58,096 bases of DNA from an uncultured Gammaproteobacteria bacterium (GCA_963925015.1 CAWUTX010000030.1:1-58096), one strand, 5' to 3'. Positions 1 through 12,099 are shown, numbered from the stretch's first letter. Translations and numbers: made by a program. The notes: generated by a model from the letters alone, not told the origin.

Positions 1-404
1 GTTTGGCTCTCGATGAGGTCGGCGATGGCCTCGGCCTGCGCGAGATCGATTTTCCCGTTCAGAAATGCGCGCTCGGAAAATTCGCCGGGCCGTGCGATTC
101 GCGCACCCAGCGCGACGGCGCAGCGCACCAGCAAGTCCAGCACGATGGGCGAGCCGTGCGCGTGCAGCTCCAGCACATCTTCGCCGGTGAACGAGTGCGG
201 CGCGGGAAAATAGAGCGCGAGGCCCTGATCGAGCGTCGCGCCGTGTTCGTCGCGGAAGGTGGTGTAGTGCGCGGAGCGCGGCGCGGGAAGTTTTTCGAAC
301 ATGTGCCGCGCGATGTGCGGCGCCAGCGGCCCGGAGATGCGCACCACCCCAATGCCGCCGCGCCCGGGCGGCGTGGCGATGGCGGCGACGGTATCTCTAG
401 TCAT
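1..404 (-). CDS. mnmE: tRNA modification GTPase MnmE, N-terminal part (gene runs off the left edge)
   Basis: My reverse-strand translation from the ATG at 404 reads [26 protein letters not shown]...[17 protein letters not shown]...[28 protein letters not shown], the conserved MnmE N-domain. It lies downstream of yidC, as in the conserved rpmH-rnpA-yidD-yidC-mnmE cluster. The 3..569 plus-strand ORF is its shadow. Confidence 0.85.
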   Translation of the reverse strand, partial: MTRDTVAAIATPPGRGGIGVVRISGPLAPHIARHMFEKLPAPRSAHYTTFRDEHGATLDQGLALYFPAPHSFTGEDVLELHAHGSPIVLDLLVRCAVALGARIARPGEFSERAFLNGKIDLAQAEAIADLIESQ

Positions 405-413
405 ACTGCCTTG

Positions 414-2069
414 CTACTTGTCACTTCCAACTATTTTACGCGTGATATGCCACTGTTGCAGAATCGAGATCGCGTTGTTCACCACCCAGTACAGCACCAG
501 CCCGGACGGGAAGAAGGCGAAGAAGAAGGTGAAGATGACCGGCAGCGCCATCATCACCTTGGCCTGTAGCGGATCCGGCGGTGCCGGGCTGAGCTTCATC
601 TGTATGAACATGGTGGCGCCCATGAGCAGCGGCAGCACGTAATACGGGTCTTTACCGGAGAGGTCGGTGAGCCAGAATATAAAATCCGCCTGCCTGAGCT
701 CGACGCTTTCGAGCAGCACCCAGTAAAGCGCGATGAACACAGGAATCTGCACCAGCACCGGCAGACAGCCGCCGAGCGGGTTGATTTTTTCGGTTTTGTA
801 CAGCTCCATCATCGCCTGGCTCATGCGCTGGCGGTCGTCGCCCAGGCGCTCGCGGATGCTCATGATGCGCGGTTGCAGCTTGCGCATGTTGGCCATCGAG
901 CGGTAGCTCGCCGCCGACAAATGATAGAACACGAGCTTGATGAGGAGCGTGAGCAGCACGATGGACCAGCCCCAGTTTTTCACCACGCCGTGGATGTATT
1001 CCAGCAGCCAGAACAGCGGCTGCGCCAGCACGGTGAGCATGCCGTAATCCACCGTGAGATCGAGGTTGGGTGCGACTTCTTTCAGATGATCCTGTATCTT
1101 CGGTCCGACGTAGAGTGTGAGCCCGAGCGTGGCGCTTTCGCCCGGCTTGATGCTGCGCTCTGTACTTACTAGGCCGAGAATGTAGCGCGGGATATCGACG
1201 CCTTCCTTAAGCGTCGTGGTGTAGTAGTGACTGGTTTCGTCGCGCGGCGGTATCCAGGCACTGACAAAATAATGCTGCAACATGGCGGCCCAGCCGCCCG
1301 CGATGTCGCGGCTCAGGTTTTGTTCCGCCATCTTGCCGAAGTCGATTTTTTCGTATTTGTTTTCCGGGCTTGAAACTACGCCGCCGGTGTAGGTGTAAAT
1401 AAAGTGCGACTGGCTGCTGGTATCTTCCACGCGCTGAAACTGCCCGTACGCGCGGCCCTGCAGTTCTTGCGCGGTGGTATTGTGTACCTGGTGCTCGATT
1501 TTCACCTCATAACTGCCGCGGCTGAAGGTGTATATCTTGTCGACCGGCACACCCTCCGGACTCACCCAGCGCAGGCGCACCTTGATCTCGTTCGCCCCCG
1601 GATCCAGGCGGTACTCCGCTTGCTCGGCCTTGAACTGGGCGTGGTGGTCGGGACCGTTGGCGCCCGCGAGCAGGCCCGTCTGCGCCACAAACAGCTTGGA
1701 AGCGGCTTCCGTCATCAGACGGACCGGCTCCGGTTTCCCCGCGACAGCGGGGTAGGCCAGCAGATCCAGGCGGCGCAGATCTCCGCCCACGGTATCGATC
1801 TCGACGTCCAGCACATCGGTCACTACGTGCACGCGCTGGGCGGTCGCTAATGCGGCGGGTGTAGCGGGGGCCTCTGTTGTTGTCGCGGCGGGCGCGGGCT
1901 GGGCCGTGGCGCCGGACGGCACATCGGCGACGCTGTTCGGCGTCAGCGTTGTTGTTGCCGCCTGGGCGGGCTCGGCGGGGGCATAATCCTTCTGCCACGC
2001 CTCCCAGATCAGGAACAGCACGAAACCCAGCGCCAGCAGCAGGATCAAGCGGAGATTGTCCCGGTTCAT
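414..2069 (-). CDS. yidC: membrane protein insertase YidC
   Basis: 551-aa ORF with an N-terminal TM, a large periplasmic domain and the conserved C-terminal core ([20 protein letters not shown]...). Synteny with yidD and rnpA. Confidence 0.95.
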   Translation of the reverse strand: MNRDNLRLILLLALGFVLFLIWEAWQKDYAPAEPAQAATTTLTPNSVADVPSGATAQPAPAATTTEAPATPAALATAQRVHVVTDVLDVEIDTVGGDLRRLDLLAYPAVAGKPEPVRLMTEAASKLFVAQTGLLAGANGPDHHAQFKAEQAEYRLDPGANEIKVRLRWVSPEGVPVDKIYTFSRGSYEVKIEHQVHNTTAQELQGRAYGQFQRVEDTSSQSHFIYTYTGGVVSSPENKYEKIDFGKMAEQNLSRDIAGGWAAMLQHYFVSAWIPPRDETSHYYTTTLKEGVDIPRYILGLVSTERSIKPGESATLGLTLYVGPKIQDHLKEVAPNLDLTVDYGMLTVLAQPLFWLLEYIHGVVKNWGWSIVLLTLLIKLVFYHLSAASYRSMANMRKLQPRIMSIRERLGDDRQRMSQAMMELYKTEKINPLGGCLPVLVQIPVFIALYWVLLESVELRQADFIFWLTDLSGKDPYYVLPLLMGATMFIQMKLSPAPPDPLQAKVMMALPVIFTFFFAFFPSGLVLYWVVNNAISILQQWHITRKIVGSDK

Positions 2070-2296
2070 ATCAGGCCTTCCTTGTGCTCCGGCACCGGGT
2101 CATACCCGCCAGCATGCCACGGGTGACAGCGGGCGAGGCGGCGCAGCGTCATCCATCCGCCGCTGAACGCGCCGTAACGCGAGATCGCCGTCTCGGCAAA
2201 ACATGAGCAGCTGGGATGAAAGCGGCAGTGATTGCCGAGCCACGGGCTGAAAAAATAGCGATAGCCGCGGAGCAGGAGGATCAGGAGTTTTTGCAT
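2066..2296 (-). CDS. yidD: membrane protein insertion efficiency factor YidD
   Basis: 76-aa ORF with the typical YidD pattern ([31 protein letters not shown]...[14 protein letters not shown]). 4-nt overlap with yidC. Confidence 0.9.
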   Translation of the reverse strand: MQKLLILLLRGYRYFFSPWLGNHCRFHPSCSCFAETAISRYGAFSGGWMTLRRLARCHPWHAGGYDPVPEHKEGLI

Positions 2297-2646
2297 CGGA
2301 TGAAACTGAACCAGACTTTATCAAGGGCGGCGTGTAGCTCGTGTTTGGTCTTCAGGTCGGCGCTGCTGCGGGCGATAACAATAAAATCCAGCGCCTCGAG
2401 CTGTTCACGCCGCAGGCGGAAGGTCTCGCGCACGATACGCTTTATGCGATTGCGTGCCACCGCATGTCGAACCGCTTTACTGGAAACCGCTAGGCCGAGG
2501 CGCGCCATACCGGCGTCGTTAGGCTGCGCGAGGAGGGTGAAAATTTTGTCGCCCGATTTTTTTTGCGGCTGGTCAAAAACCCGCTGGTATTGTGCCGCAG
2601 AAACAAGCCTGTGTTTCCTGTTGTGACGGCAGGGCGCCGACGCCAA
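2281..2646 (-). CDS. rnpA: ribonuclease P protein component
   Basis: Basic 121-aa ORF immediately downstream of rpmH with RnpA-like segments ([26 protein letters not shown]). The exact start is uncertain. Confidence 0.85.
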   Translation of the reverse strand: MASAPCRHNRKHRLVSAAQYQRVFDQPQKKSGDKIFTLLAQPNDAGMARLGLAVSSKAVRHAVARNRIKRIVRETFRLRREQLEALDFIVIARSSADLKTKHELHAALDKVWFSFIRCKNS

Positions 2647-2656
2647 ATGCTGCGCG

Positions 2657-2791
2657 TCAGGCGCTTAAGCGGGATCGGCCCTTGGCGCGACGAGCATTCA
2701 GTATCTGCCGCCCGCTCTTTGTGGCCATGCGTGCGCGGAAGCCGTGCGTGCGTGCGCGCTTTAATTTGCTGGGTTGATAGGTTCTTTTCAT
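2657..2791 (-). CDS. rpmH: 50S ribosomal protein L34
   Basis: Below the ORF-track size cutoff. My translation is [44 protein letters not shown], 44 aa plus stop, a near-consensus L34. Confidence 0.95.
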   Translation of the reverse strand: MKRTYQPSKLKRARTHGFRARMATKSGRQILNARRAKGRSRLSA

Positions 2792-2983
2792 AACGGGCTC
2801 CGCCGATGCCCCTCAAAGGCCCGGCTCCAAAATTAGTAAGGTGCGAAGTATGCCAAGTCTTGCACCAAGCTGTCAATGTATGTTTGGTGTTGCGGCCACG
2901 ACATCGGACTATGCGAACACCGCGTTACGGGTATACACTCCAGTGCTCGAATAAAGATACAACTGACAGCAGGATTGTGACCG

Positions 2984-4318
2984 GTGGGACTCTGGGAGGC
3001 GTGCCTCGGACACCTCGAAACGGGGCTGTCCGCGCAAGAATTCAATAATTGGATACGCCCTCTACAGGCGGTCGAGGACGGCGCGGGTATGCGCCTGCTC
3101 GCCCCCAACCGCTTCGTGCTCGACTGGGTGCATGACCGCTATCTCGCACGCATCATCGAGATTGTCGGCCACGTCAAAAACGGGGCCCCACTACAGATAA
3201 CGATTGAGGTCGGCGGGCGGACAACGCCCACCGTGGTGGTGGCGCCTGCGCTGCGCCCGAACACACGCAAGGCGGCGGACAACACCGACGCAGCGTATCA
3301 AAATACGCTCAACGCCGACTACACCTTCAACAACTTCATCGCCGGGAAGTCAAGCCAGCTCGCCCACGCCGCCGCCCGCCAGGTCGCAGCAAGCCCGGGC
3401 AGGGCCTATAACCCGTTGTTCATATACGGCGGCGTGGGCCTTGGTAAAACTCATCTGTTACACGCCCTCGGCAACCATATCCGGCAAAACAATCCCGCCG
3501 CGCGCGTGGTGTATCTCCCCTCCGAGCGGTTTGTCGCAGATATGGTGCGGGCGCTGCAGCACAATACCATCGCCGACTTCAAGCGCTTTTACCGCTCTGT
3601 GGATGTCCTGCTGATCGACGACATCCAGTTCTTCGCTGGCAAGGAGCGCTCACAGGAGGAGTTCTTCCACACCTTCAATGCCCTGCTTGAGGGCCAGCGC
3701 CAGGTGGTGCTCACCTGCGACCGCTATCCCAAGGAGGTGCGCGGTCTTGAAGAGCGGTTAGTGTCGCGCGTCGGCTGGGGCCTGTCCGTCATTATTGAGC
3801 CGGCCGAGCTGGAAACGCGCGTCGCCATTTTAATGAGCAAGGCCGCTGCCATACCGGCGCACTTGCCGCACGAGGTGGCCTTCTTCATCGCCAGGCGCTT
3901 TCGATCCAACATCCGTGAGCTGGAGGGTGCCTTGCGGCGTGTCGTGGCCAACTCGAGCTTTACCGGTCTCCCTATCACGCTCGACTTTGCCAAAGAGGCG
4001 CTGCGCGATTTGCTTACCATTCAGGACAAACAGGTCACTATTGAAAACATCCAGAAGACGGTAGCTGAATACTATAAAATCCGTGTGGCTGACCTGCTTT
4101 CACCTTTGCGGACGCGCGCGCTGGCGCGTCCTCGCCAAATGGCTATGGCGCTTTCCAAGGAGCTTACTAATCACAGCCTGCCCGAGATTGGCCGCGCCTT
4201 TGGAGGACGCGACCACACCACGGTCTTGCACGCCTCGCGCAAGGTGGCTGAGCTAAAGGGATCCGATCAACGCTTCGGTGAAGATCATTCGATACTGGTG
4301 CGGACGCTTACAACCTGA
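2984..4318 (+). CDS. dnaA: chromosomal replication initiator protein DnaA
   Basis: 444-aa ORF with a GTG start. It has the DnaA N-domain (FNNWIRPLQ), the AAA+ Walker A ([13 protein letters not shown]) and the C-terminal DNA-binding helix ([15 protein letters not shown]). Confidence 0.95.
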   Translation: MGLWEACLGHLETGLSAQEFNNWIRPLQAVEDGAGMRLLAPNRFVLDWVHDRYLARIIEIVGHVKNGAPLQITIEVGGRTTPTVVVAPALRPNTRKAADNTDAAYQNTLNADYTFNNFIAGKSSQLAHAAARQVAASPGRAYNPLFIYGGVGLGKTHLLHALGNHIRQNNPAARVVYLPSERFVADMVRALQHNTIADFKRFYRSVDVLLIDDIQFFAGKERSQEEFFHTFNALLEGQRQVVLTCDRYPKEVRGLEERLVSRVGWGLSVIIEPAELETRVAILMSKAAAIPAHLPHEVAFFIARRFRSNIRELEGALRRVVANSSFTGLPITLDFAKEALRDLLTIQDKQVTIENIQKTVAEYYKIRVADLLSPLRTRALARPRQMAMALSKELTNHSLPEIGRAFGGRDHTTVLHASRKVAELKGSDQRFGEDHSILVRTLTT

Positions 4319-4342
4319 CTGGTGCGGACGCTTACAACCTGA
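4295..4342 (+). repeat. perfect 24-bp tandem duplication (2 copies) spanning the dnaA stop codon
   Basis: CTGGTGCGGACGCTTACAACCTGA occurs at 4295-4318 and again at 4319-4342, read directly. Copy 1 encodes the last 7 codons plus the TGA of dnaA. Confidence 0.95.
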
Positions 4343-4528
4343 GGATATCCTGTGGATACTTTCGCGGCCTTTTCTGCGACGGTTTTCCACCCCGGCACAA
4401 GATAGTTATCCACAGCCTTGCTCAAGCACATTTTATATGTAATGTATTGTTTATAATATGCTTATTGTTGTTGTTCAAGTATTCATAGCCCTTATTATAA
4501 CTATTAATAATTAAGTTAAGGTAACTCC
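4343..4528. other. candidate oriC / DNA unwinding element in the dnaA-dnaN spacer
   Basis: Contains TGTGGATAC (4351-4359, 8/9 to the reverse DnaA box), TTTTCCACC (4384-4392, weak) and a perfect TTATCCACA (4406-4414). A block with 18 G/C in 90 nt (4431-4520, hand count) follows, in an otherwise GC-rich window. Gene orientation diverges around dnaA. Confidence 0.5.
4406..4414 (+). promoter_or_regulatory. consensus DnaA box TTATCCACA
   Basis: Exact 9/9 match to the E. coli-type DnaA box consensus, read directly. Confidence 0.6.
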
Positions 4529-5644
4529 ATGATGAAACTCAGCCTCCAGCGCGAAGCACTATTAAAGCCATTACAGCTTGTGACCGGGGTGGTCGAACGC
4601 AAACACACCCTGCCCATATTGGCCAACATCCTCCTCCAAGTGGAACATGGGCAGGTGACCTTTGTCGGTACTGATCTTGAGATCGAGGCCAAGGTCACTA
4701 TTGCTCATACTCAAAAAGGCGGCCAGGAAGGGAGAACGACCCTGCCCGCGCGCAAACTGCTGGATATTGTCCGCACCCTACCGGAGCAGGTCATGATTGA
4801 TCTGGTGGAGGATAAGGGAAAGGTAACGCTGAAGGCGGGCAAAAGCCGCTACACCTTGGCGACGTTGTCGGCGGATGAGTTTCCCTTGGTTAGCGTCACA
4901 GAAGCAACGGGAAACCTGCAACTGCCGCAAAAAGAACTGAAGGAGCTCATCGAGAGCACACAATTCGCTATGGCACAGCAGGATGTGCGTTACTACCTGA
5001 ATGGCCTGCTGCTGGAGATGGCTGACGGCAAACTGAATGCCGTAGCTACGGACGGGCATCGTTTGGCCATGTGCAGCGTCGACCTGCTCGGCGACAAGGC
5101 CACGGCAGAATCACGGCAGGTGATAGTCCCGCGCAAGGCGGTGCAGGAGCTGGCGCGGTTGCTGGAAGATAGCGACCAGCCGGTAGCGGTAACGCTGAGC
5201 GCAAACCACATTCAGTTTGCTACCGACGGCGTCAGCTTGACCACCAAACAGATCGACGGGCGCTTTCCGGACTACCAGCGAGTATTACCCAAAGGCGGCG
5301 ACAAGGTGGTGATCGCGGAGCGCGAAGGCCTGCGCCAGAGCCTGGTGCGCATATCGGTGATCTCAAGCGAGAAGTTTCGTAGTGTCGCGCTGGAACTGAA
5401 GCCGGGGCAACTCAACCTCCATACGCACAACCCGGAGCAGGAAGAGGCTGACGAAGAGGTTGCGGTAGAGTACGGCGGCGCAGAGTTGCAAATCGGCTTC
5501 AATGTCACCTACCTGCAGGACGCCATCAGCGCCACCAAGGGGCCGCGCGTACAGATCACCTTCAGTGACGCCAACAGCAGTTGCCTAGTTCAGGCCGAAG
5601 GCGATGAGCGCAGCCGGTACGTCGTCATGCCGATGCGCCTCTAA
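4529..5644 (+). CDS. dnaN: DNA polymerase III beta sliding clamp
   Basis: 371-aa ORF starting MKLSLQREALLKPLQLVTGVVERKHTLPILANILL and ending YVVMPMRL, typical DnaN. Synteny after dnaA. Confidence 0.95.
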   Translation: MMKLSLQREALLKPLQLVTGVVERKHTLPILANILLQVEHGQVTFVGTDLEIEAKVTIAHTQKGGQEGRTTLPARKLLDIVRTLPEQVMIDLVEDKGKVTLKAGKSRYTLATLSADEFPLVSVTEATGNLQLPQKELKELIESTQFAMAQQDVRYYLNGLLLEMADGKLNAVATDGHRLAMCSVDLLGDKATAESRQVIVPRKAVQELARLLEDSDQPVAVTLSANHIQFATDGVSLTTKQIDGRFPDYQRVLPKGGDKVVIAEREGLRQSLVRISVISSEKFRSVALELKPGQLNLHTHNPEQEEADEEVAVEYGGAELQIGFNVTYLQDAISATKGPRVQITFSDANSSCLVQAEGDERSRYVVMPMRL

Positions 5645-5680
5645 CCACGTTCCACGTGGAACACGACGCCATAAAAAGCC

Positions 5681-5689
5681 TGTTATAAT
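5681..5689 (+). promoter_or_regulatory. possible extended -10 element (TGTTATAAT) just upstream of gyrB
   Basis: TGnTATAAT read directly, ending 11 nt before the gyrB ATG. No obvious Shine-Dalgarno lies in between. No -35 was assessed. Confidence 0.3.
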
Positions 5690-5691
5690 GA

Positions 5692-8118
<2,427 letters not shown>

Positions 8119-8237
8119 AACTGCGTGACGAGCTGATCGTGCGCCGCGCGCAAGGGCGTATGGACATGACCGAACTGCGCACGCAAACTTTTTCCATGCT
8201 GCCCGCAGCCCCCTTGGCCAAGCTGTAGTCTCCCCGC

Positions 8238-8660
8238 ATGGTCTGGGCGAAGGCATTTCATGTCATCTTCATGGTGAGCTGGTTTGCGGGGTTGTTTTAT
8301 CTCCCGCGACTGTTCGTCTACCACGCGCAATGTGAAGACGCAGCCGGTAACGAACGCTTCAAGCTCATGGAGCGCAGGCTGTATCGCTTCATCGCCCCAT
8401 GGGCGGCGCTCACAGTAATTCTCGGGCTATGGATGCTGTTTGACCATGCCTGGGCTGCGTATAAGGCGTCGGGCTGGCTTCACGTCAAGCTGGCGCTGGT
8501 GTTGGTACTAGTGGCCTATCACCTCTATTGCGGCAAACTGGTGGCGGATTTCAAGGCCGACCGCAACCGCAGAAGCCATGTATTTTACCGGTGGTTCAAT
8601 GAGTTACCCGTATTAATATTGATCGGGATCGTACTCTTGGCCGTGGGCAAACCCTTTTAG
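8238..8660 (+). CDS. hemJ: protoporphyrinogen IX oxidase HemJ-family membrane protein
   Basis: 140-aa, 4-TM ORF with the HemJ signature (WFAGLFYLPRLFVYHA...MERRLY...KPF at the C-terminus). Confidence 0.8.
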   Translation: MVWAKAFHVIFMVSWFAGLFYLPRLFVYHAQCEDAAGNERFKLMERRLYRFIAPWAALTVILGLWMLFDHAWAAYKASGWLHVKLALVLVLVAYHLYCGKLVADFKADRNRRSHVFYRWFNELPVLILIGIVLLAVGKPF

Positions 8661-8701
8661 ATATTCCGCTTGGAGCATTTAGGGCATAGAGCCACCCCCA
8701 T

Positions 8702-8734
8702 AAATGTAAACGATAATTGATACCATTTACATTT
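8702..8734. promoter_or_regulatory. inverted repeat AAATGTAAA-N15-TTTACATTT upstream of the porin gene (candidate operator)
   Basis: Perfect 9-bp arms at 8702-8710 and 8726-8734, read directly. The spacer contains GATAATTGATACC. Confidence 0.3.
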
Positions 8735-8793
8735 TAATATAAGCTAGCCTCCTGTTAGGCTGATAAACAACAGTTAAAGTAGGAGACAGTGAA

Positions 8794-9864
8794 ATGAAAC
8801 TACGTACACACGCAAAAATTCTTTTCATCGCACTGGCGGCGGCACTCACGGCCACAGCGGCGCAGGCGGAAGAGAACTACACCCTTTACGGCAAGGCGCG
8901 CATGTCCATAAACAGTACTGATAACGGCAGTACCCGAGCTAACGATGTCGCCAGTAACAGTTCGCGCTTGGGCTTCAAGGGCACTGAAGATTTAGGCAAT
9001 GGCTTGCGGGCGATCTTTCAGATGGAAACCCTGGTGACCATGGATGGCAGCGCCACCGATGGCTTGCTGTTTGGCAAGCCTCGCAACAGCTACATCGGCC
9101 TCGCCGCCCCGCTCGGCACGCTGGTGCTGGGCGTGACCGACAATGCCTACAAGCTCGCCACCAGCAAGCTCGACATCTGGAGCGACAGCATGGGCGACTT
9201 CAACACCATCATCGGCAGCGTGAGCCGAACGACCGGCCCAAAAACGCCGTTCAACGAGCGCGAGCCGAGCAGCATCAACTACTGGAGCCCGAAAATGAGC
9301 GGCTTCCAACTTCTCGCGGCCTACCGCCTGGATGAAGACGCTACCGTTAAGCGAGATAGGTACAGCGTGGCGGGTGTGTACGAAAACGGCCCCTACTACG
9401 CCAGCGTTGCCTATGAAAAGCACGACAATGACAACGTAGATGGCGCAGACGGTAATGACACCAACGGCCTGACAGCCGGTTTGGGTTACACCTTCAACGC
9501 GGACAAGACCAAGCTGGGCTTGGTATACGAATCGCTGTCGGAAGACAATGAAGCGAGCGTGTTCGACCGCAACGCCTGGTATGTTGCGCTTTCACACAAG
9601 ATGGATAGCAACACTGTCAAGATTGCGTACGCGAGGGCCGGCGACAACGACTACGCAAGCAACACGGGTGCGAACTGGTATGTAGTGGGTCTCGATCACG
9701 CACTCTCCAAGCGCACGGCCCTCTACGCCCTGTATGCCCGCAGCGACAACGACACCGGCGCGCGTTACGGTCTGGGCACGGGCGGCAGCACCGGTAACGT
9801 AACCTTGGTGGCAGCGGGCGCGAATCCCTCCACCTTCTCCATCGGCATCAACCACGATTTCTGA
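8794..9864 (+). CDS. outer-membrane general porin (Gram-negative porin family)
   Basis: 356-aa ORF with a signal peptide (ATAAQA/EE), YGKARMS...NSSRLGFKGTEDLGNGL near the N-terminus, alternating beta-strand pattern and a C-terminal aromatic F. Confidence 0.85.
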   Translation: MKLRTHAKILFIALAAALTATAAQAEENYTLYGKARMSINSTDNGSTRANDVASNSSRLGFKGTEDLGNGLRAIFQMETLVTMDGSATDGLLFGKPRNSYIGLAAPLGTLVLGVTDNAYKLATSKLDIWSDSMGDFNTIIGSVSRTTGPKTPFNEREPSSINYWSPKMSGFQLLAAYRLDEDATVKRDRYSVAGVYENGPYYASVAYEKHDNDNVDGADGNDTNGLTAGLGYTFNADKTKLGLVYESLSEDNEASVFDRNAWYVALSHKMDSNTVKIAYARAGDNDYASNTGANWYVVGLDHALSKRTALYALYARSDNDTGARYGLGTGGSTGNVTLVAAGANPSTFSIGINHDF

Positions 9865-9888
9865 GCCTTCACGTTGCCTTGGCTTGTG

Positions 9889-9919
9889 GCGGACACCTTA
9901 ACGGGTGTCCGCTTTTTTA
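9889..9919 (+). terminator. rho-independent terminator after the porin gene
   Basis: GCGGACACC-TTAACG-GGTGTCCGC followed by TTTTTT, read directly. Confidence 0.8.
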
Positions 9920-9990
9920 TTACAGCATTACTCTCCTTTTGGGGGCGCGGTGCGCCCCACTCTTTTTAAATCATTTATTGAGAAAGCCCC

Positions 9991-10467
9991 ATGAGATACA
10001 GCAACACAACCCGTTTATTGCTCTGCGGATTTATGGTCTGCGCGCCCATTGCGGCAGTGAGCGCGGAGGTGTTACCGCCCGGCGACGAAAAAGGCGCAGC
10101 GGCACATCACGAAATACCGCACGCGAACGCGGTACAGCAGGCAACGATCTATCTGCAAGAGTATCGCTTTGAACCCGCGCTAACCACGCTCAAGGCCAGC
10201 CAGCCCGCGCGCCTTGTTTTGATAAACAGGGGAACCACGGCGCATGAATTTGTGACCGATGCCCTGCATGGCGTGGCGGTGACCATGAAGGTGCAGGGCA
10301 CTCTGGCCGAGATGCAGGGCTTGAACGAGCTGGAGATTCCTCCGGGCGGCAAGGTCGTGCTGCGCTTCACGCCGGAGCAGCCCGGCGAGTTCGCCATCGC
10401 CTGTCATGCCAGCACGCCCAAAGACCACTTTAAGCAGGGCATGGTTGGCAAGCTGGTGATACGGTAA
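9991..10467 (+). CDS. periplasmic cupredoxin-domain protein
   Basis: 158-aa ORF with a signal peptide. Has a cupredoxin-like strand pattern and candidate ligand set (AHEF ... CHASTPKDHFKQGM). Confidence 0.6.
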   Translation: MRYSNTTRLLLCGFMVCAPIAAVSAEVLPPGDEKGAAAHHEIPHANAVQQATIYLQEYRFEPALTTLKASQPARLVLINRGTTAHEFVTDALHGVAVTMKVQGTLAEMQGLNELEIPPGGKVVLRFTPEQPGEFAIACHASTPKDHFKQGMVGKLVIR

Positions 10468-10490
10468 TCATAAGTTAGTAAGTAAGACCA

Positions 10491-10614
10491 CACTTCCCGC
10501 TACGTCCCAGCCCCCTGTTCAGGGGCGGGACAGGGTGGGGGTAAAGTAAACAGGGTTTTTGCTCAGGAGTCACATCAATTAATGTTGTAGCCTTATTTTC
10601 TGACTCCTGAGTAA
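10491..10614 (+). repeat. REP/MITE-like structured intergenic element, copy 1 (contains a G4 motif)
   Basis: Shares GGGGCGGGACAGGGTGGGGGTA, AGTAAAC, CTCAGGAG...CTCCTGAGTAAT with 41717-41826. Lies between the convergent cupredoxin and degP genes. Confidence 0.75.
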
Positions 10615-10639
10615 TCCGCGCGCGGTTGACCAGCGCCGC

Positions 10640-12040
10640 TTACGGTATCGAGATGAACAGCGCGCTGTCGCCGCGCCGCACGTTGAACAGCAGTGGGCCC
10701 TTGCGCTGCGTCGCACGCACCAGATCATCCGGCGTGCGCACCGGCTGGCGGTTGATCGAAAGCACCATGTCGCCCGGACGCAGGCCCGCCTGTGCGGCGC
10801 GGCTGCCGGGATCGACATCCATCACCGGGATGCCGGCGATCTTGCCGAACAAGGGCGAGCTCTCGTTGACGGCGCCGAAGACCACACCGGCGAGACGCGG
10901 GTCGTCGTGCTTGGCGCCGACGCGCGCCTCTTGCGGGCTTTCTTTCACAGCGACCTCGATGGCGCGCGATTTCCCGTCGCGCAGGACATTGAGCCGCACC
11001 TTGTCACCGAGACGTAGCAGCCCGATGGCATTGCGCAGCATACCGCCATCACGCACCGGCTGGCCGTTCACCGCAGTAACGATGTCACCGGCCTTGACGC
11101 CGGCCTTGTCCGCCGGCGAGCCCTGAGCCACCTGCGCGATAACGGCGCCTTGCAGGGCCGCGCCCGGCGCGAGATTGAAGGCCTGCGCCAGCTCCGGCGT
11201 GAGATCCTGCACCTGTATGCCGAGGCGCCCGCGCCGCACTTTGCCGGTCTCGATCAACTGCGCCATGATGCTGCGCGTCATGTTGATCGGTATAGCGAAG
11301 CCGATGCCGATGTTGCCGCCGCCCGGTGCCAGGATCGCGGTGTTGATGCCGACCAGCTCGCCGCGCAGATTCACCAGCGCACCGCCGGAGTTGCCGGGGT
11401 TGATCGAGGCGTCGGTTTGAATAAAGTCTTCGTAGCCCTCGATGCCGAGGCCGCTGCGCCCGAGCGCGCTCACGATGCCGGAGGTGACGGTCTGGCCGAG
11501 ACCGAAGGGGTTGCCTATCGCCACCACAAAATCGCCCACGCGCAGCTTGGCGGAATCGGCCAGCGGCAAGGCGGTCAGATTTTCCGCCGGAATCTGGATC
11601 ACCGCCACGTCGGCGTCAGGGTCGGAGCCGATCACCTTGGCCTTGACGCTGCGCCGGTCGCGCAGCGTCACCGTAATCTCGTCGGCGTTGTCGATGACGT
11701 GATGATTGGTGAGCACGTAACCACGCTTCGCATCCACAATGACGCCGGAGCCCAGGCTCTGCGGCTCGCGTTCGCGCGGCTGGTCGGGGCGATCAAAAAA
11801 ACGCCGGAAAAAGGGATCGTTCTGGTGCGGATTATTTTGTATCGCCACCCGTCCGCGCGTGGCGATGTTGACCACCGCAGGCGTCGTCTGCTCGATCATC
11901 GGCGCGAGCGTGGGCAACGGGCTCTGCTGACTGTCGGTGGCAGGTAGCGCGGCGTAGGCGCCGGATAGGGCAGCAAGGGGAAGCGCGCTCACCAAAAGAG
12001 TAAGCAGAGCAGTCCTGAGCGGGCGGAGTAATGCGGTCAT
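10640..12040 (-). CDS. degP: periplasmic serine endoprotease, DegP/DegQ (HtrA) family
   Basis: 466-aa ORF with a signal peptide, a trypsin-like catalytic domain (GNSGGALVNLRGELVGINTAI) and two PDZ-like regions. Confidence 0.9.
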   Translation of the reverse strand: MTALLRPLRTALLTLLVSALPLAALSGAYAALPATDSQQSPLPTLAPMIEQTTPAVVNIATRGRVAIQNNPHQNDPFFRRFFDRPDQPREREPQSLGSGVIVDAKRGYVLTNHHVIDNADEITVTLRDRRSVKAKVIGSDPDADVAVIQIPAENLTALPLADSAKLRVGDFVVAIGNPFGLGQTVTSGIVSALGRSGLGIEGYEDFIQTDASINPGNSGGALVNLRGELVGINTAILAPGGGNIGIGFAIPINMTRSIMAQLIETGKVRRGRLGIQVQDLTPELAQAFNLAPGAALQGAVIAQVAQGSPADKAGVKAGDIVTAVNGQPVRDGGMLRNAIGLLRLGDKVRLNVLRDGKSRAIEVAVKESPQEARVGAKHDDPRLAGVVFGAVNESSPLFGKIAGIPVMDVDPGSRAAQAGLRPGDMVLSINRQPVRTPDDLVRATQRKGPLLFNVRRGDSALFISIP

Positions 12041-12070
12041 ATGGATTCCTGTGGAGAGGACTTTCGCTAA

Positions 12071-12099
12071 TTAAGAGGGCCGCAGGCGCCGAAAGTTCC
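12071..12099 (-). promoter_or_regulatory. candidate sigma-E type promoter for degP
   Basis: On the minus strand GGAACTT, a 16-nt spacer, then TCTTAA. The -10 ends about 30 nt before the degP ATG. The -35 matches the RpoE consensus exactly and the -10 only approximately. Confidence 0.4.

Noticed and set aside
3-569. 188-aa plus-strand ORF at the left edge
   Set aside because: It is Arg/Gly/His-rich with no recognisable motifs. It lies exactly antisense to a clean MnmE N-domain and the yidC 3' end, so it is a typical high-GC shadow ORF.
2792-2983. oriC in the rpmH-dnaA spacer (Pseudomonas-like arrangement)
   Set aside because: There is no good DnaA box; the best is GTATACACT at 7/9. There is no marked AT-rich block, unlike the dnaA-dnaN spacer.
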